Below are positions 37,575 through 49,180 of a stretch of DNA of 62,387 nucleotides, piece after piece. The DNA is from Thermomicrobiales bacterium (GTDB taxonomy: Bacteria > Chloroflexota > Chloroflexia > Thermomicrobiales > CFX8), in NCBI GenBank assembly GCA_035513175.1, contig DATKCN010000294.1, positions 1-62,387 of the forward strand, read 5' to 3'. The notes under the pieces were generated by a model. It saw only the letters and a program-made list of their open reading frames with translations. It had not been told where the DNA came from and made no database searches. The translations under genes and the position numbers were made by a program. Each line of letters starts with the position of its first letter. Position 1 is the stretch's first letter.

Positions 37575-38734
37575 CCGTCGCCGACCTCGTCAGCCGCGCC
37601 AGGCAGCGTGAACGCCAGTACGTCGGGGACCTGACGCGGATCGTCAACATGGATAGCGGGACGCACGATGTCGAGCGCGTAAATGAGGTTGGACGACTGA
37701 TCGCCATGATGCTCGCTGACAGCGACTGCTCCATCGAATGGCACGAGCCTCGATCGAACGACGTTGGAAACACGTTCGTCGCCAGGCTCGCCGGGGAACG
37801 TCCGGGTCGCGTCGTTCTGCTCGGCCACCACGACACTGTGTATGCCAGCGGAACGGCTGACGAACGGCCATTCCGCGTCGAAGGTTCACGCGCATTTGGG
37901 CCCGGTGTCATGGACATGAAGGGCGGAGTGCTGCTCGGCGTCTACGCGCTGCGCCTGATCCGCGAACTGCGAGGCGCCGACCATCCGGAGCTGATCTTCG
38001 TCGGCAATCCCGATGAGGAGATCGGTTCGCCGAATTCTCGATCGGTGATCGAGGACGCCGCCCGCGACGCCGATCTCGTCCTCGTTCTCGAACCGGGCCG
38101 CGAGGCAGGCAGCATCCAGACGACTCGCAAGGGAGTCGGCATGTACGAGCTGGTCGTCGAGGGCGTCTCATCACACGCTGGAGCGCGGCCCGAAGATGGC
38201 CGCAGCGCGATTCTTGAGCTCGCTCACAAAACTATCGCTCTGCACGCGCTAACCGACTTCGAGTCCGGCACGACAGTCAACGTAGGTGTCGTCCGCGGTG
38301 GATCGCGCCGCAACGTTGTTCCCGACCGGGCTTCCGCGTCGATCGACCTGCGCGCCTCGACTGTTGCCAACGCTGACCGCGCGCGCGAGCTGATTCACGA
38401 GATCGCGCGCCGCGCGACCATCGAAGGCACGAGCGCGACAATCTCAGGCGGCATGAACAGGCCGCCGATGGAGAAGACGAAAGCAACCGAACGCGCGATC
38501 GATGTCGGTCGCACGCTCGTAAGCGAGATGGGACTCGACTTCCTTGAGACGACGTCCGGCGGGGGTTCGGACGGGAATTTCACAGCCGCGCTTGGAGTAC
38601 CGACCCTCGACGGTCTTGGACCGGTTGGCCGGCATGCGCACTCCCCCGAGGAGTGGCTCGACCTGTCGTCGTTCCCCCAACGGCTTGCGCTGGTCGCCGG
38701 CCTCATTGACCGCGCGCCTCTCAGAGGGGCGTGA
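37571..38734 (+). CDS. M20-family peptidase (carboxypeptidase G2 / glutamate carboxypeptidase-like)
   Basis: LLGHHDTV, GPGVMDMKGG, NPDEEIGSP, SHAG and GGGSDGN motifs are present. The GTG at 37571 forms a GTGA overlap with the M24 stop. Confidence 0.85.
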   Translation: MTVADLVSRARQRERQYVGDLTRIVNMDSGTHDVERVNEVGRLIAMMLADSDCSIEWHEPRSNDVGNTFVARLAGERPGRVVLLGHHDTVYASGTADERPFRVEGSRAFGPGVMDMKGGVLLGVYALRLIRELRGADHPELIFVGNPDEEIGSPNSRSVIEDAARDADLVLVLEPGREAGSIQTTRKGVGMYELVVEGVSSHAGARPEDGRSAILELAHKTIALHALTDFESGTTVNVGVVRGGSRRNVVPDRASASIDLRASTVANADRARELIHEIARRATIEGTSATISGGMNRPPMEKTKATERAIDVGRTLVSEMGLDFLETTSGGGSDGNFTAALGVPTLDGLGPVGRHAHSPEEWLDLSSFPQRLALVAGLIDRAPLRGA

Positions 38735-38737
38735 CGG

Positions 38738-40261
38738 GTGCGCGTCGCGGCCTCTTCAGGCGCCTCGCTCGCGCGGATGTCCGGGGCGGTCGTCTCAGCG
38801 ATCGTGATTGGCGGAGTGCTCGGCGTCGTCGTTACACGTGGCGGACCGCAACTCGCCCTGCTCGCCCTCGCGGCGACGCTCGCAATTGCGCTGCTGTTGC
38901 GGTCGGTCTGGAACTCGTACGCGTTCGTCATTGGCGCGTTAGCATTGTTACCGTTCGCCGTCATGCCCATCGACGTTGGCGTCAGGCCGACGCTGCTGTC
39001 CCTGGCTCTCGTCACCGCGCTCGCATCGGTGGGTGCGGTGACGTTGATCGATCGGCGAGAGCGACTGCAAGTCGGAGTCCCGCATGCCCTGGTGCTGCTG
39101 TTGATCGGCGTGACCGCATTCGCGCTGCTGCTTGGCGTGGGACGCGGCTACACCCCGCAAACGCTTCATGACTACGTGAAGTTCGTGCTCGGCATCTTGG
39201 CGTTCTTCTTGACGACACAGCTCGTCCGCAGTGCGCGCGATGGCCGGCGCTTGCTGCTGATGCTACTCGCGGGCGCGGGCGGCGCCGGATCGATCGCGCT
39301 CCTGCTGTACGCCGGAGGTCCGGACGTTACGCATCGGGCTCTGGCCCGGCTGATTCCATATGGCTACCCCGGCGACCGCGTTGTGCGCTACATCGAGGAC
39401 AATCCGGCGCTTGCAATGAGGGCCGTCGGAACCGGCGTCGACCCGAATTCGTTTGGCGGGTTGATGATGGTCGGCTTTGTGCTCGCGGTGTCACAACTCC
39501 TCGTCCGTCATCGATCAGTCCCCATCTGGCTCACGACCGGCGTCTCGATACTGACGTGCGCCGCCATGCTGCTCACGTACTCGCGGGGCGCGTGGATGGG
39601 CGCTTTGGCTGGCGTGGGCCTCGTCATCCTGCTGCGCCGTCCGCTGCTGGTGCTGCCCGCCGTTGGACTCGGAGCGTTGGGACTTGCCGCCGGAGTCGGC
39701 TCGGGATTTGTCACAAGATTGTGGCTTGGCTTCACCCTCCAGGACCCCGCTACGCGTCTGAGGCTCGCCGAGTATCGCAACGCATGGGACATCATTCAAC
39801 GACACCCATGGTTCGGCGTTGGATTCGGGGACGCGCCAACGATCGACCTGCAGGTCGGTGTCTCCAGTGTCTATCTGACCATTGCCGAACGCGCGGGTTT
39901 CATCGGCTTACTGGTGTTCGTGGTGGCGCTCGGGGTTGTTGGCTGGGGCGGTCTCCGATCATCCGCCTCGTCAGAACACGACGCGACGACAGACCTTGCG
40001 CTGACGTTCACGGCGGCGCTCGCGGCAACGTTGACTGTAGGGCTGGTTGACCACTACTTCTTCAACCCGCAGTTCCCGCACATGGCTGCGCTGCTCTGGA
40101 TCGTAGCCGGAACGATCGTATCCATCGCGCCCTTTCCGCATGCTTCCGATGTTTCCCGAGCCGATGTATCCTCATTCCAGCGAAATCAACTTCGTCGAGG
40201 CGCACGGCGCCGTGAGTCCGCGCGACGGCGACGCGACCTGACACGAACAGGAGAACCATAA
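38738..40261 (+). CDS. O-antigen ligase/polymerase-like (Wzy_C domain) polytopic membrane protein
   Basis: About 11 TM helices. The loop YSRGAWMGALAGVGLVILL is typical of the Wzy_C/WaaL family. The C-terminal tail is basic. Confidence 0.7.
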   Translation: MRVAASSGASLARMSGAVVSAIVIGGVLGVVVTRGGPQLALLALAATLAIALLLRSVWNSYAFVIGALALLPFAVMPIDVGVRPTLLSLALVTALASVGAVTLIDRRERLQVGVPHALVLLLIGVTAFALLLGVGRGYTPQTLHDYVKFVLGILAFFLTTQLVRSARDGRRLLLMLLAGAGGAGSIALLLYAGGPDVTHRALARLIPYGYPGDRVVRYIEDNPALAMRAVGTGVDPNSFGGLMMVGFVLAVSQLLVRHRSVPIWLTTGVSILTCAAMLLTYSRGAWMGALAGVGLVILLRRPLLVLPAVGLGALGLAAGVGSGFVTRLWLGFTLQDPATRLRLAEYRNAWDIIQRHPWFGVGFGDAPTIDLQVGVSSVYLTIAERAGFIGLLVFVVALGVVGWGGLRSSASSEHDATTDLALTFTAALAATLTVGLVDHYFFNPQFPHMAALLWIVAGTIVSIAPFPHASDVSRADVSSFQRNQLRRGARRRESARRRRDLTRTGEP

Positions 40262-41163
40262 TGACTACGAAGCCCCTCGCCGGAGTCCTCGCTCCGATAG
40301 CGACGTTGTTCGGAGCTGACGGAGAGCTCGACCTTGGCGCGTACCAGCGAAACGTCGAGTGGTACTGCGGCACGCCCCTCGACGGCATCGTCGTCATGGG
40401 ATCGAATGGTGAATACGCGTCGCTCGAGCGGGACGAGAAGCTGCGGCTGATTGACGCGGGCGTCACCGCCGTTAACGGCCGCAAGCTCGTGCTGGCCGGA
40501 ACAGGCGTGGAGTCGACCCGCGGCGCCATCAGCCTGACGCGCGAAGCGGCGCGCATGGGCGTCGACTACGCGCTTGTCGTGACGCCGTATTACTACCGAC
40601 CACGGTACGACAACGCGGCGTTCATCAGGCACTATCAGACGGTGGCCGACGCGTCTCCGATTCCGATCATCATCTACGTCATGACCGCGTATACCGGCGT
40701 CGATCTCGCGTCATCGGTCGTGGCGGAGCTTTCGCGGCATCCGAATATCGTCGGGGTGAAGGACAGCGCGGGCAACGCCGTGAAATTCGCGGAGATGGTC
40801 TCCACGTCGGCAGACGGCTTCGCGGTGCTCGCTGGCTCCGCCAACTTCCTGTATCCGGCGCTGTGCCTCGGCGCTGCCGGGGGCATCCTCGCGCTGGCCG
40901 ATATCGCGCCCCGGGAATGCTCGGAGATTCGCGATCTGTTCGAGGCGGGCAACCATGAGAGGGCGCGGATTGCGCAGTTCAACCTGCTGGCTCCGAACGC
41001 CGCCGTGACGACGAGGTTCGGGATCGCAGGTCTGAAGGCGGCGATGGGAATGATCGGTCTTGAAACCAGCGATCCGCGCCCGCCGCTCATGCCCGCGACC
41101 GAGAACGAGCGAACGCAGATTCGTGAGATCATCGAGCGAGCCGGGATACTTGCCAGAGTTTGA
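40261..41163 (+). CDS. DapA/NanA-family class I aldolase (dihydrodipicolinate synthase family protein)
   Basis: GIVVMGSNGEYASL, YALVVTPYYY and the Schiff-base Lys context GVKDSAG are present. There is a TAATG overlap with the upstream gene. Confidence 0.85.
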   Translation: MTTKPLAGVLAPIATLFGADGELDLGAYQRNVEWYCGTPLDGIVVMGSNGEYASLERDEKLRLIDAGVTAVNGRKLVLAGTGVESTRGAISLTREAARMGVDYALVVTPYYYRPRYDNAAFIRHYQTVADASPIPIIIYVMTAYTGVDLASSVVAELSRHPNIVGVKDSAGNAVKFAEMVSTSADGFAVLAGSANFLYPALCLGAAGGILALADIAPRECSEIRDLFEAGNHERARIAQFNLLAPNAAVTTRFGIAGLKAAMGMIGLETSDPRPPLMPATENERTQIREIIERAGILARV

Positions 41164-41674
41164 GCGCTTCGATGTCCCGTTGCGCATCGGGGTGGTCTCG
41201 GACACACATCTGATCAACGCTGAGCGTGGCATCTCCGACCGCGTGCTCAAGCTGCTTGATGGGTGCGATCTGATCTTTCACGCGGGCGACATCAACCGAC
41301 AGTGGGTGCTGGATGCCCTCCAGACCGTTGCGCCCGTGCGAGCGGTGTACGGCAACAACGACCCGATCGAGCTTCAATTGCGCCTGGCTATCGACCGCTA
41401 CTTTCAGATTGGTCCTCACCGCATGGGGCTGATCCACGGCCACACCGCGACGCACGCAAAACGGATGACGGCGCGGCAACGGGCGCAGGAAGGCATGCAC
41501 GGCGTTGTCGACTGCGTCGTCTACGGGCACAGTCACCAGCCGGAAATCGAAACGCGGGACGGGTTGTTGATGGTCAACCCGGGATCGCCGACAGCGCCGC
41601 GCTGGGCGCCATTTCCGACGCTCGCGATCATCGAGATTGGAGAGACGATCGATGCACGACTGATCGTCGTCTGA
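41150..41674 (+). CDS. YfcE/MJ0936-family metallophosphoesterase
   Basis: RIGVVSDTH, HAGD, GNND, IHGH and YGHSH motifs appear in order. The start is uncertain (TTG 41150 or TTG 41180) and overlaps the upstream stop. Confidence 0.8.
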   Translation: MPEFERFDVPLRIGVVSDTHLINAERGISDRVLKLLDGCDLIFHAGDINRQWVLDALQTVAPVRAVYGNNDPIELQLRLAIDRYFQIGPHRMGLIHGHTATHAKRMTARQRAQEGMHGVVDCVVYGHSHQPEIETRDGLLMVNPGSPTAPRWAPFPTLAIIEIGETIDARLIVV

Positions 41675-41741
41675 CGTCAGGGAAACGCTGGGGACGCCGC
41701 TGAGGCCGCGCTGCGCGTGGCAACCACGTGATTAAGTCGTG

Positions 41742-41771
41742 TTGCGCGTCACTAACTACGCGCCCTATAAT
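41742..41771 (+). promoter_or_regulatory. candidate sigma-70 type promoter of rpsA (TTGCGC-N18-TATAAT)
   Basis: The hexamers are read directly in a local AT-rich patch, about 78 nt upstream of the rpsA ATG. Confidence 0.45.
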
Positions 41772-41848
41772 AGGGTGCGTTTCGCCGACGTAGCGTAATT
41801 TGTTTTGCGTTGCCATAAGTCGGCAAATCTGACGCGCGAGGATGGCAC

Positions 41849-43756
41849 ATGGATCGTAGTGATTTCGACGGGGCCCCGGGCCGCATGCAGGGGGGCGTGG
41901 GCTTTGACGACGATGGCGCCGACAGCGTCGGCCGCTCTCTCATGGAACAGCTACTTGCTGATCCGACCCACGATTACCGCACGCTGAAATATGGAGATGT
42001 CATCGACGGCACGATCATGCACGTCGACCGGGATGAGATTCTGGTCGACATTGGATCGAAGTCCGAAGGCGTCATCCCGGCCAGAGAGTTCTCATCACTC
42101 AACGACGATGAGCGCGACGCTCTCGACGTTGGTCACGCGCTGCTCGTGTTTGTGGTTCAGCCTGAGAACCAGGACGGACACGCGGTGGTGTCAATCGACC
42201 GTGCCCGCCAGGAGAAGAGCTGGCGAGTGCTGCAGGAGCAGTTCGAGGCCAGCCAGGTGATCGACGCCGAGGTTGTCAACTACAACAAGGGCGGGTTACT
42301 GGTCAATCTCGACGGCGTGCGAGGTTTCGTGCCCGCGTCGCAGGTGACGGAGATCCGCGGCGGTGACGACGCTCAGAAGCAGGCCGACATGGCCCGCCTG
42401 ATCGGCTCGAAGCTGCAGTTGAAAATCATTGAGATCAATCGGCACCGCAATCGGTTGATTCTCTCCGAGCGTCAGGCGTTGCAGGAACGTCGTGACGAGA
42501 TGAAGGAGAAGCTCATCGAGCAGCTCCGCGAGGGCGAGGTCCGCACCGGGCGCGTCTCCAGCATCTGCGACTTCGGCGCGTTTGTCGACGTCGGTGGGGC
42601 TGACGGATTGGTTCACCTATCCGAGCTGTCGTGGAGCCGGGTACGCCACCCGAGTGAGGTGCTGACGATCGGACAGGAGATCGACGTCTTCGTGCTCGGA
42701 ATCAACGCGGATGAGAAAAAGATCGCGCTGTCGATCAAGCGCACGCAGGCAGAGCCCTGGAGTCGCGTCGCCGCGAACTATGACGTCAATCAGCTCGTTA
42801 CCGGCGTCGTTACCCAGCTCGCTAACTTCGGCGCATTCGCACGCATCGAGGATGGCATTGAAGGTCTCGTGCACGTGTCCGAGCTTTCTGACGCGCGGAT
42901 TTCACACCCGCGCCAACTGGTTTCTGAGGGTCAGGAGCTTCTGCTGCGGATTATCAGAATCGATCCGCAACGGCGACGCATGGGCCTGAGCCTCAGGCGC
43001 GCGCTGGAAGCGACTGACGAGGAAGTCGAGGAGGCGATCGGCGCGGAAGCCGTGGCCCTCAAGGCGCACCTGCTCGCTATGGAAGTTGAGCCGGACCCGG
43101 ACGCCGAGGAGTCGTTCGACGTCGAGTCGTTCGAACCCGCCACCGACGACGTTGCCACACCCGAGGTTGTCGAAGCCGCCGTCGAGCAAGAGCCGGCTGC
43201 TACGGCAATGTCTGAAGCGTTCGCCGCAGCCGACACGACTGACGATGTCGCGACGGCAGACACGATAATGGTCGATCCGGCAACGACCGTCGAAGCCGAG
43301 ACTACTGACGCGACTGCCGCCGCCACCAAAGGCGACGAAGCGGCAGCGAACGCCGAATCAGTGGCGCGGGCCGAAGAGCCAGCGGCTACCGGGCTTGCGG
43401 ATGAACAGCCTGCCCCGATTACGGAAGTCGGTGTCGAAGCGGCTGAGTCTCCATCCATCACGGAGGCTGTGAAAGCGACCAGCCCGATTTCAGACGCCAA
43501 CGCTGAAGTCGACGCGTCGGCATCGTCTATCGATGAAGATGCGATCGATGCTGGCTCCGCGGCCGAGAGCATCGAGCCGGTTGCGGACATCTCAAGTGAT
43601 GTGATTGAAGCCTCCCCAGAGGATTTGGATGGTGACCACGCGGCGACGACGGAGGCACGTGTCGAGGAACCCGCGCAAGGCGAGGCCGATGAAGCTGATG
43701 CTGCCGCCAGTACGAAGGCCGCATCGCCCAGGAAACGCGCGAAAACCGCGTCTTGA
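41849..43756 (+). CDS. rpsA: 30S ribosomal protein S1 (four S1 domains) with a roughly 240-aa acidic low-complexity C-terminal extension
   Basis: There are four OB/S1 repeats (e.g. GRVSSICDFGAFVDVGGADGLVHLSELS). GAGGA lies 6 nt before ATG 41849. The tail is rich in A/E/D/T and ends in PRKRAKTAS. Confidence 0.9.
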   Translation: MDRSDFDGAPGRMQGGVGFDDDGADSVGRSLMEQLLADPTHDYRTLKYGDVIDGTIMHVDRDEILVDIGSKSEGVIPAREFSSLNDDERDALDVGHALLVFVVQPENQDGHAVVSIDRARQEKSWRVLQEQFEASQVIDAEVVNYNKGGLLVNLDGVRGFVPASQVTEIRGGDDAQKQADMARLIGSKLQLKIIEINRHRNRLILSERQALQERRDEMKEKLIEQLREGEVRTGRVSSICDFGAFVDVGGADGLVHLSELSWSRVRHPSEVLTIGQEIDVFVLGINADEKKIALSIKRTQAEPWSRVAANYDVNQLVTGVVTQLANFGAFARIEDGIEGLVHVSELSDARISHPRQLVSEGQELLLRIIRIDPQRRRMGLSLRRALEATDEEVEEAIGAEAVALKAHLLAMEVEPDPDAEESFDVESFEPATDDVATPEVVEAAVEQEPAATAMSEAFAAADTTDDVATADTIMVDPATTVEAETTDATAAATKGDEAAANAESVARAEEPAATGLADEQPAPITEVGVEAAESPSITEAVKATSPISDANAEVDASASSIDEDAIDAGSAAESIEPVADISSDVIEASPEDLDGDHAATTEARVEEPAQGEADEADAAASTKAASPRKRAKTAS

Positions 43757-43850
43757 GGACAGCGATCCTGGTCGTTCGATTCTCACTTATGGTGTCGATC
43801 ACAACAGACGAGATCCGTTCTCTGCTGCTGGCGGCCACCGGCCCTCGCAC

Positions 43851-43876
43851 GTTGCGATACAGTGTTGCGATACAGT
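43851..43876 (+). repeat. perfect tandem direct repeat 2 x 13 bp (GTTGCGATACAGT) in the clpC upstream region
   Basis: Read directly: 43851-43863 and 43864-43876 are identical. Confidence 0.9.
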
Positions 43877-44083
43877 TATGTGACAAGGCGACCGGCCTCA
43901 CACATTCGTCCAGTAGTCTGCCGGTCGCGAGAGCGTCGTGACTGGACGACGTTGGACTGGTACTTGCGCTCACCACGAGGGCAGCAGTACGCTCTAGGCA
44001 GGCAGCCACCATAAGCGGTTTGAGCGGGACCGGGGTAGTTGCTGCACCCGAATCTCGCGTCGCGCAACCGTCGGAGAAACCAG

Positions 44084-46537
<2,454 letters not shown>

Positions 46538-46574
46538 GGGTCAGGCTCCAAGGCGTAGAACTGAATTGCACATG

Positions 46575-46598
46575 GCGAGGGCGCGACGGCGCCCTCGC
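46575..46598 (+). terminator. hairpin after clpC (candidate intrinsic terminator)
   Basis: A perfect 10-bp GC-rich stem GCGAGGGCGC / GCGCCCTCGC has the loop GACG and is followed by GTCGTCTGTC (a weak U-tract). Confidence 0.45.
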
Positions 46599-46626
46599 GT
46601 CGTCTGTCGGGGCAGGCAAAGGAACG

Positions 46627-48000
46627 ATGGCCAGAGCACGCACGAAGTACGTTTGTCAACAATGCGGGCTCGAGAGCGCGGCATTCTATGGTCGCTGCCC
46701 GGATTGCGGAGCCTGGTCGTCGCTCGTCGAAACGATTGACCGCAAGGACTCAGCGTCTCACCCGCGCGGCAGCGTGGCGACGGCGACCGCCGGAAGGCCT
46801 GAAGCACTCTCGTCAGTTCGTAGCGCCGATCTCTCTCGCCGTCCGGTGCCGTTAACAGAGTTCTCGCGCGTGCTCGGCGGAGGAGTCGTGCCCGGATCGC
46901 TCGTGCTCGTCGGCGGCGATCCCGGCATCGGCAAGTCAACGCTCCTGTTACAGGTTGCCGCTGGACTCGCTTCCGGCGAGTCGCCAGTGCTGTATGTCAC
47001 CGCAGAAGAATCTGCGCAGCAGCTCAAGCTTCGGGCCGATCGTCTCGGCGTCCCGCACGACGGCCTGTTCGTCCTGTCGGAAACGAACATCGATTCACTA
47101 CTCGCGGCTGCCGAACAGCTCAACCCGTCGATCGTCGTCGTCGATTCGATCCAGACAGTTTTCACGGACGAGATCGCGTCTGGGGCGGGCAGCGTCGGTC
47201 AGGTGCGTGAGTGTACGTCGCGACTCATGGCCTACGCCAAGCCCCGCGGCGTCGCCATCTTCATCGTTGGACACGTCACGAAAGAGGGTTCGATAGCCGG
47301 CCCACGGGTTCTCGAGCACATGGTCGACGCCGTTCTCTACCTGGAAGGCGATCGATTCCATCAGTATCGGATCCTGCGAGGGGTCAAGAACAGGTTCGGA
47401 TCAACCGACGAGGTCGGCGTGTTCGAGATGGCCGAGTCGGGCATGCGTGAGGTCCGCAACCCGAGCGAGGCGTTCCTTCGCGAGCGGGCCGGGAACGCTG
47501 CCGGGTCGGCGATCACCGTGACCGTCGAGGGCACACGGCCGATACTCGTCGAGGTCCAGGGTCTGACGACCAGAAGCGCTTACGGCAACGCGCGCCGCAC
47601 GGCGAATGGGTTTGAGCTGAATCGCCTGCACATGCTGATCGCCGTGCTTACCAAGCGCGTTGGACTGAGCCTCGGCGACCAGGATATCTATGTGAACGTG
47701 GTCGGTGGACTGAAGCTCGGCGAACCAGCCGCCGATCTCGGGATCGCCGTCGCGATTGCGTCGAGCGTTCGCGAGACGCGTGTCGACAATCGGCTGGTTG
47801 TCATCGGAGAGATCGGCCTGTCCGGCGAACTCAGGTCGGTTTCGCAGCTTGATCGCCGCCTGAATGAAGCATCCAAGCTCGGATTCAACCGCGCCATTGT
47901 GCCCGCAACACTCGGTCGTGGCGTCGCGCGTCCGCCGCGGGGATTCGAGCTGAGCAGGGCGTCGTCGGTCGACGAAGCGATCTCACTGGCGCTCGCTTGA
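46627..48000 (+). CDS. radA: DNA repair protein RadA/Sms
   Basis: Zinc ribbon CQQCG..CPDCG, Walker A GGDPGIGKST, KNRFG motif and a Lon-like C-terminal domain. Confidence 0.95.
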   Translation: MARARTKYVCQQCGLESAAFYGRCPDCGAWSSLVETIDRKDSASHPRGSVATATAGRPEALSSVRSADLSRRPVPLTEFSRVLGGGVVPGSLVLVGGDPGIGKSTLLLQVAAGLASGESPVLYVTAEESAQQLKLRADRLGVPHDGLFVLSETNIDSLLAAAEQLNPSIVVVDSIQTVFTDEIASGAGSVGQVRECTSRLMAYAKPRGVAIFIVGHVTKEGSIAGPRVLEHMVDAVLYLEGDRFHQYRILRGVKNRFGSTDEVGVFEMAESGMREVRNPSEAFLRERAGNAAGSAITVTVEGTRPILVEVQGLTTRSAYGNARRTANGFELNRLHMLIAVLTKRVGLSLGDQDIYVNVVGGLKLGEPAADLGIAVAIASSVRETRVDNRLVVIGEIGLSGELRSVSQLDRRLNEASKLGFNRAIVPATLGRGVARPPRGFELSRASSVDEAISLALA

Positions 48001-48002
48001 CA

Positions 48003-49160
48003 TCACGAAACGGGCCCATCAACCAACGCAAGCAGCTCATCGACAAGACGAGCTGCAGCGTCACGGTGCGTGCGCATGGATGCCGCATGCCGCATTCGTG
48101 ACTGCTCTTCAGGATTCTCCAGCAGTTGACGGGCGATGCTGAGAAGCGCCTCCGGACTCAGATCGCGCTGTTCGATCATGTATGCCGCGCCCGCCTCGAC
48201 GAGATGCAGTGCATTCTGACGCTGCTCTTTCGCGCCGGGCAACGGGATGAGGATCGACGGCACTCCCACGGTCGAGAGTTCGGCCACCGTTCCCGCGCCC
48301 GCCCTCCCGATGACCAGGCTGGCGGCTGCGTACACATCTCCAAGCTCGCGCCCCACCCGCTCACGCACGTGGTATCGCTCTCGAAGCGGCGGGGGCAGCT
48401 CACTCGCCGCGCTCCGGAGCCGGTCGAAGTCATCGTGAACCGACCGCGGGCCGCACTGATGGATCACCTCGGCATGAGCCAGCAGGTCCGGCAACACGCC
48501 CAGGATCGCGGCATTGATCGACCGCGCTCCCTGAGCGCCCCCGGTGACGTATACGAGCGGCAGTCCCCCGTCGAGCTGAAACCGCGCGAGCGCCCGCCCT
48601 GCATCTCCCTCCGTAACGAACCTTCGCACTGGATTACCCGTAACGACGACACGCCGCGCTGTCGTTCGAAGAGCGTGCCGCGAGCTTTCGTACGAGAGCG
48701 CAACGACATTGCAGAATCGCGCATTGATGCGCGTGGCCAGTCCAATGTGCGCGGTTTGTTCGTGCGTCAGAGACGGAATCCGCAGCAACGCTCCGGCGAT
48801 CACCGTCGGCACACTCACGAACCCCCCGGTGGAGAAGATAGCGTCGGGTCGAAATGTCCGGAGAATCCTCAGCGCCTGTACGACGCCCGCGGGGATGCGG
48901 AAGCTGTCGCCGAGCGTTGCAAACGACGGATAGCGCCGTAGCTTCCCCGCCCGGACGGCGCGGAATTCGATGCCCAGTTCCTTGGCCGCCGCACCCTCGT
49001 AATCAGCCTTGGCCCCAATCCACAGGGCCTGCAGTTCGACGCGACATCGTAACGCTTCGATAACCGCGACGGCAGGCGTCACGTGCCCGCCACTGCCGCC
49101 GCCAGCGACAACAACGCGGAAAGGACGCGGCGCGTTCCCGGTGGTAGACTCCGACAACAA
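48003..49160 (-). CDS. murG: MurG-type UDP-GlcNAc:undecaprenyl-PP-MurNAc-pentapeptide GlcNAc transferase (GT28)
   Basis: VVVAGGGSGGHVTPAVAV N-terminal G-loop and a C-terminal GT28 domain with GAGTVAEL. It is not in a dcw cluster. Confidence 0.8.
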   Translation of the reverse strand: MLSESTTGNAPRPFRVVVAGGGSGGHVTPAVAVIEALRCRVELQALWIGAKADYEGAAAKELGIEFRAVRAGKLRRYPSFATLGDSFRIPAGVVQALRILRTFRPDAIFSTGGFVSVPTVIAGALLRIPSLTHEQTAHIGLATRINARFCNVVALSYESSRHALRTTARRVVVTGNPVRRFVTEGDAGRALARFQLDGGLPLVYVTGGAQGARSINAAILGVLPDLLAHAEVIHQCGPRSVHDDFDRLRSAASELPPPLRERYHVRERVGRELGDVYAAASLVIGRAGAGTVAELSTVGVPSILIPLPGAKEQRQNALHLVEAGAAYMIEQRDLSPEALLSIARQLLENPEEQSRMRHAASMRTHRDAAARLVDELLALVDGPVS

Positions 49161-49180
49161 TCGACCTTCCCTCCGGACCC

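Noticed and set aside
43753-43941. A 62-aa ORF inside the clpC upstream region.
   Set aside because: It has no SD and an odd composition, and it overlaps the rpsA stop. It more plausibly lies in non-coding leader sequence.
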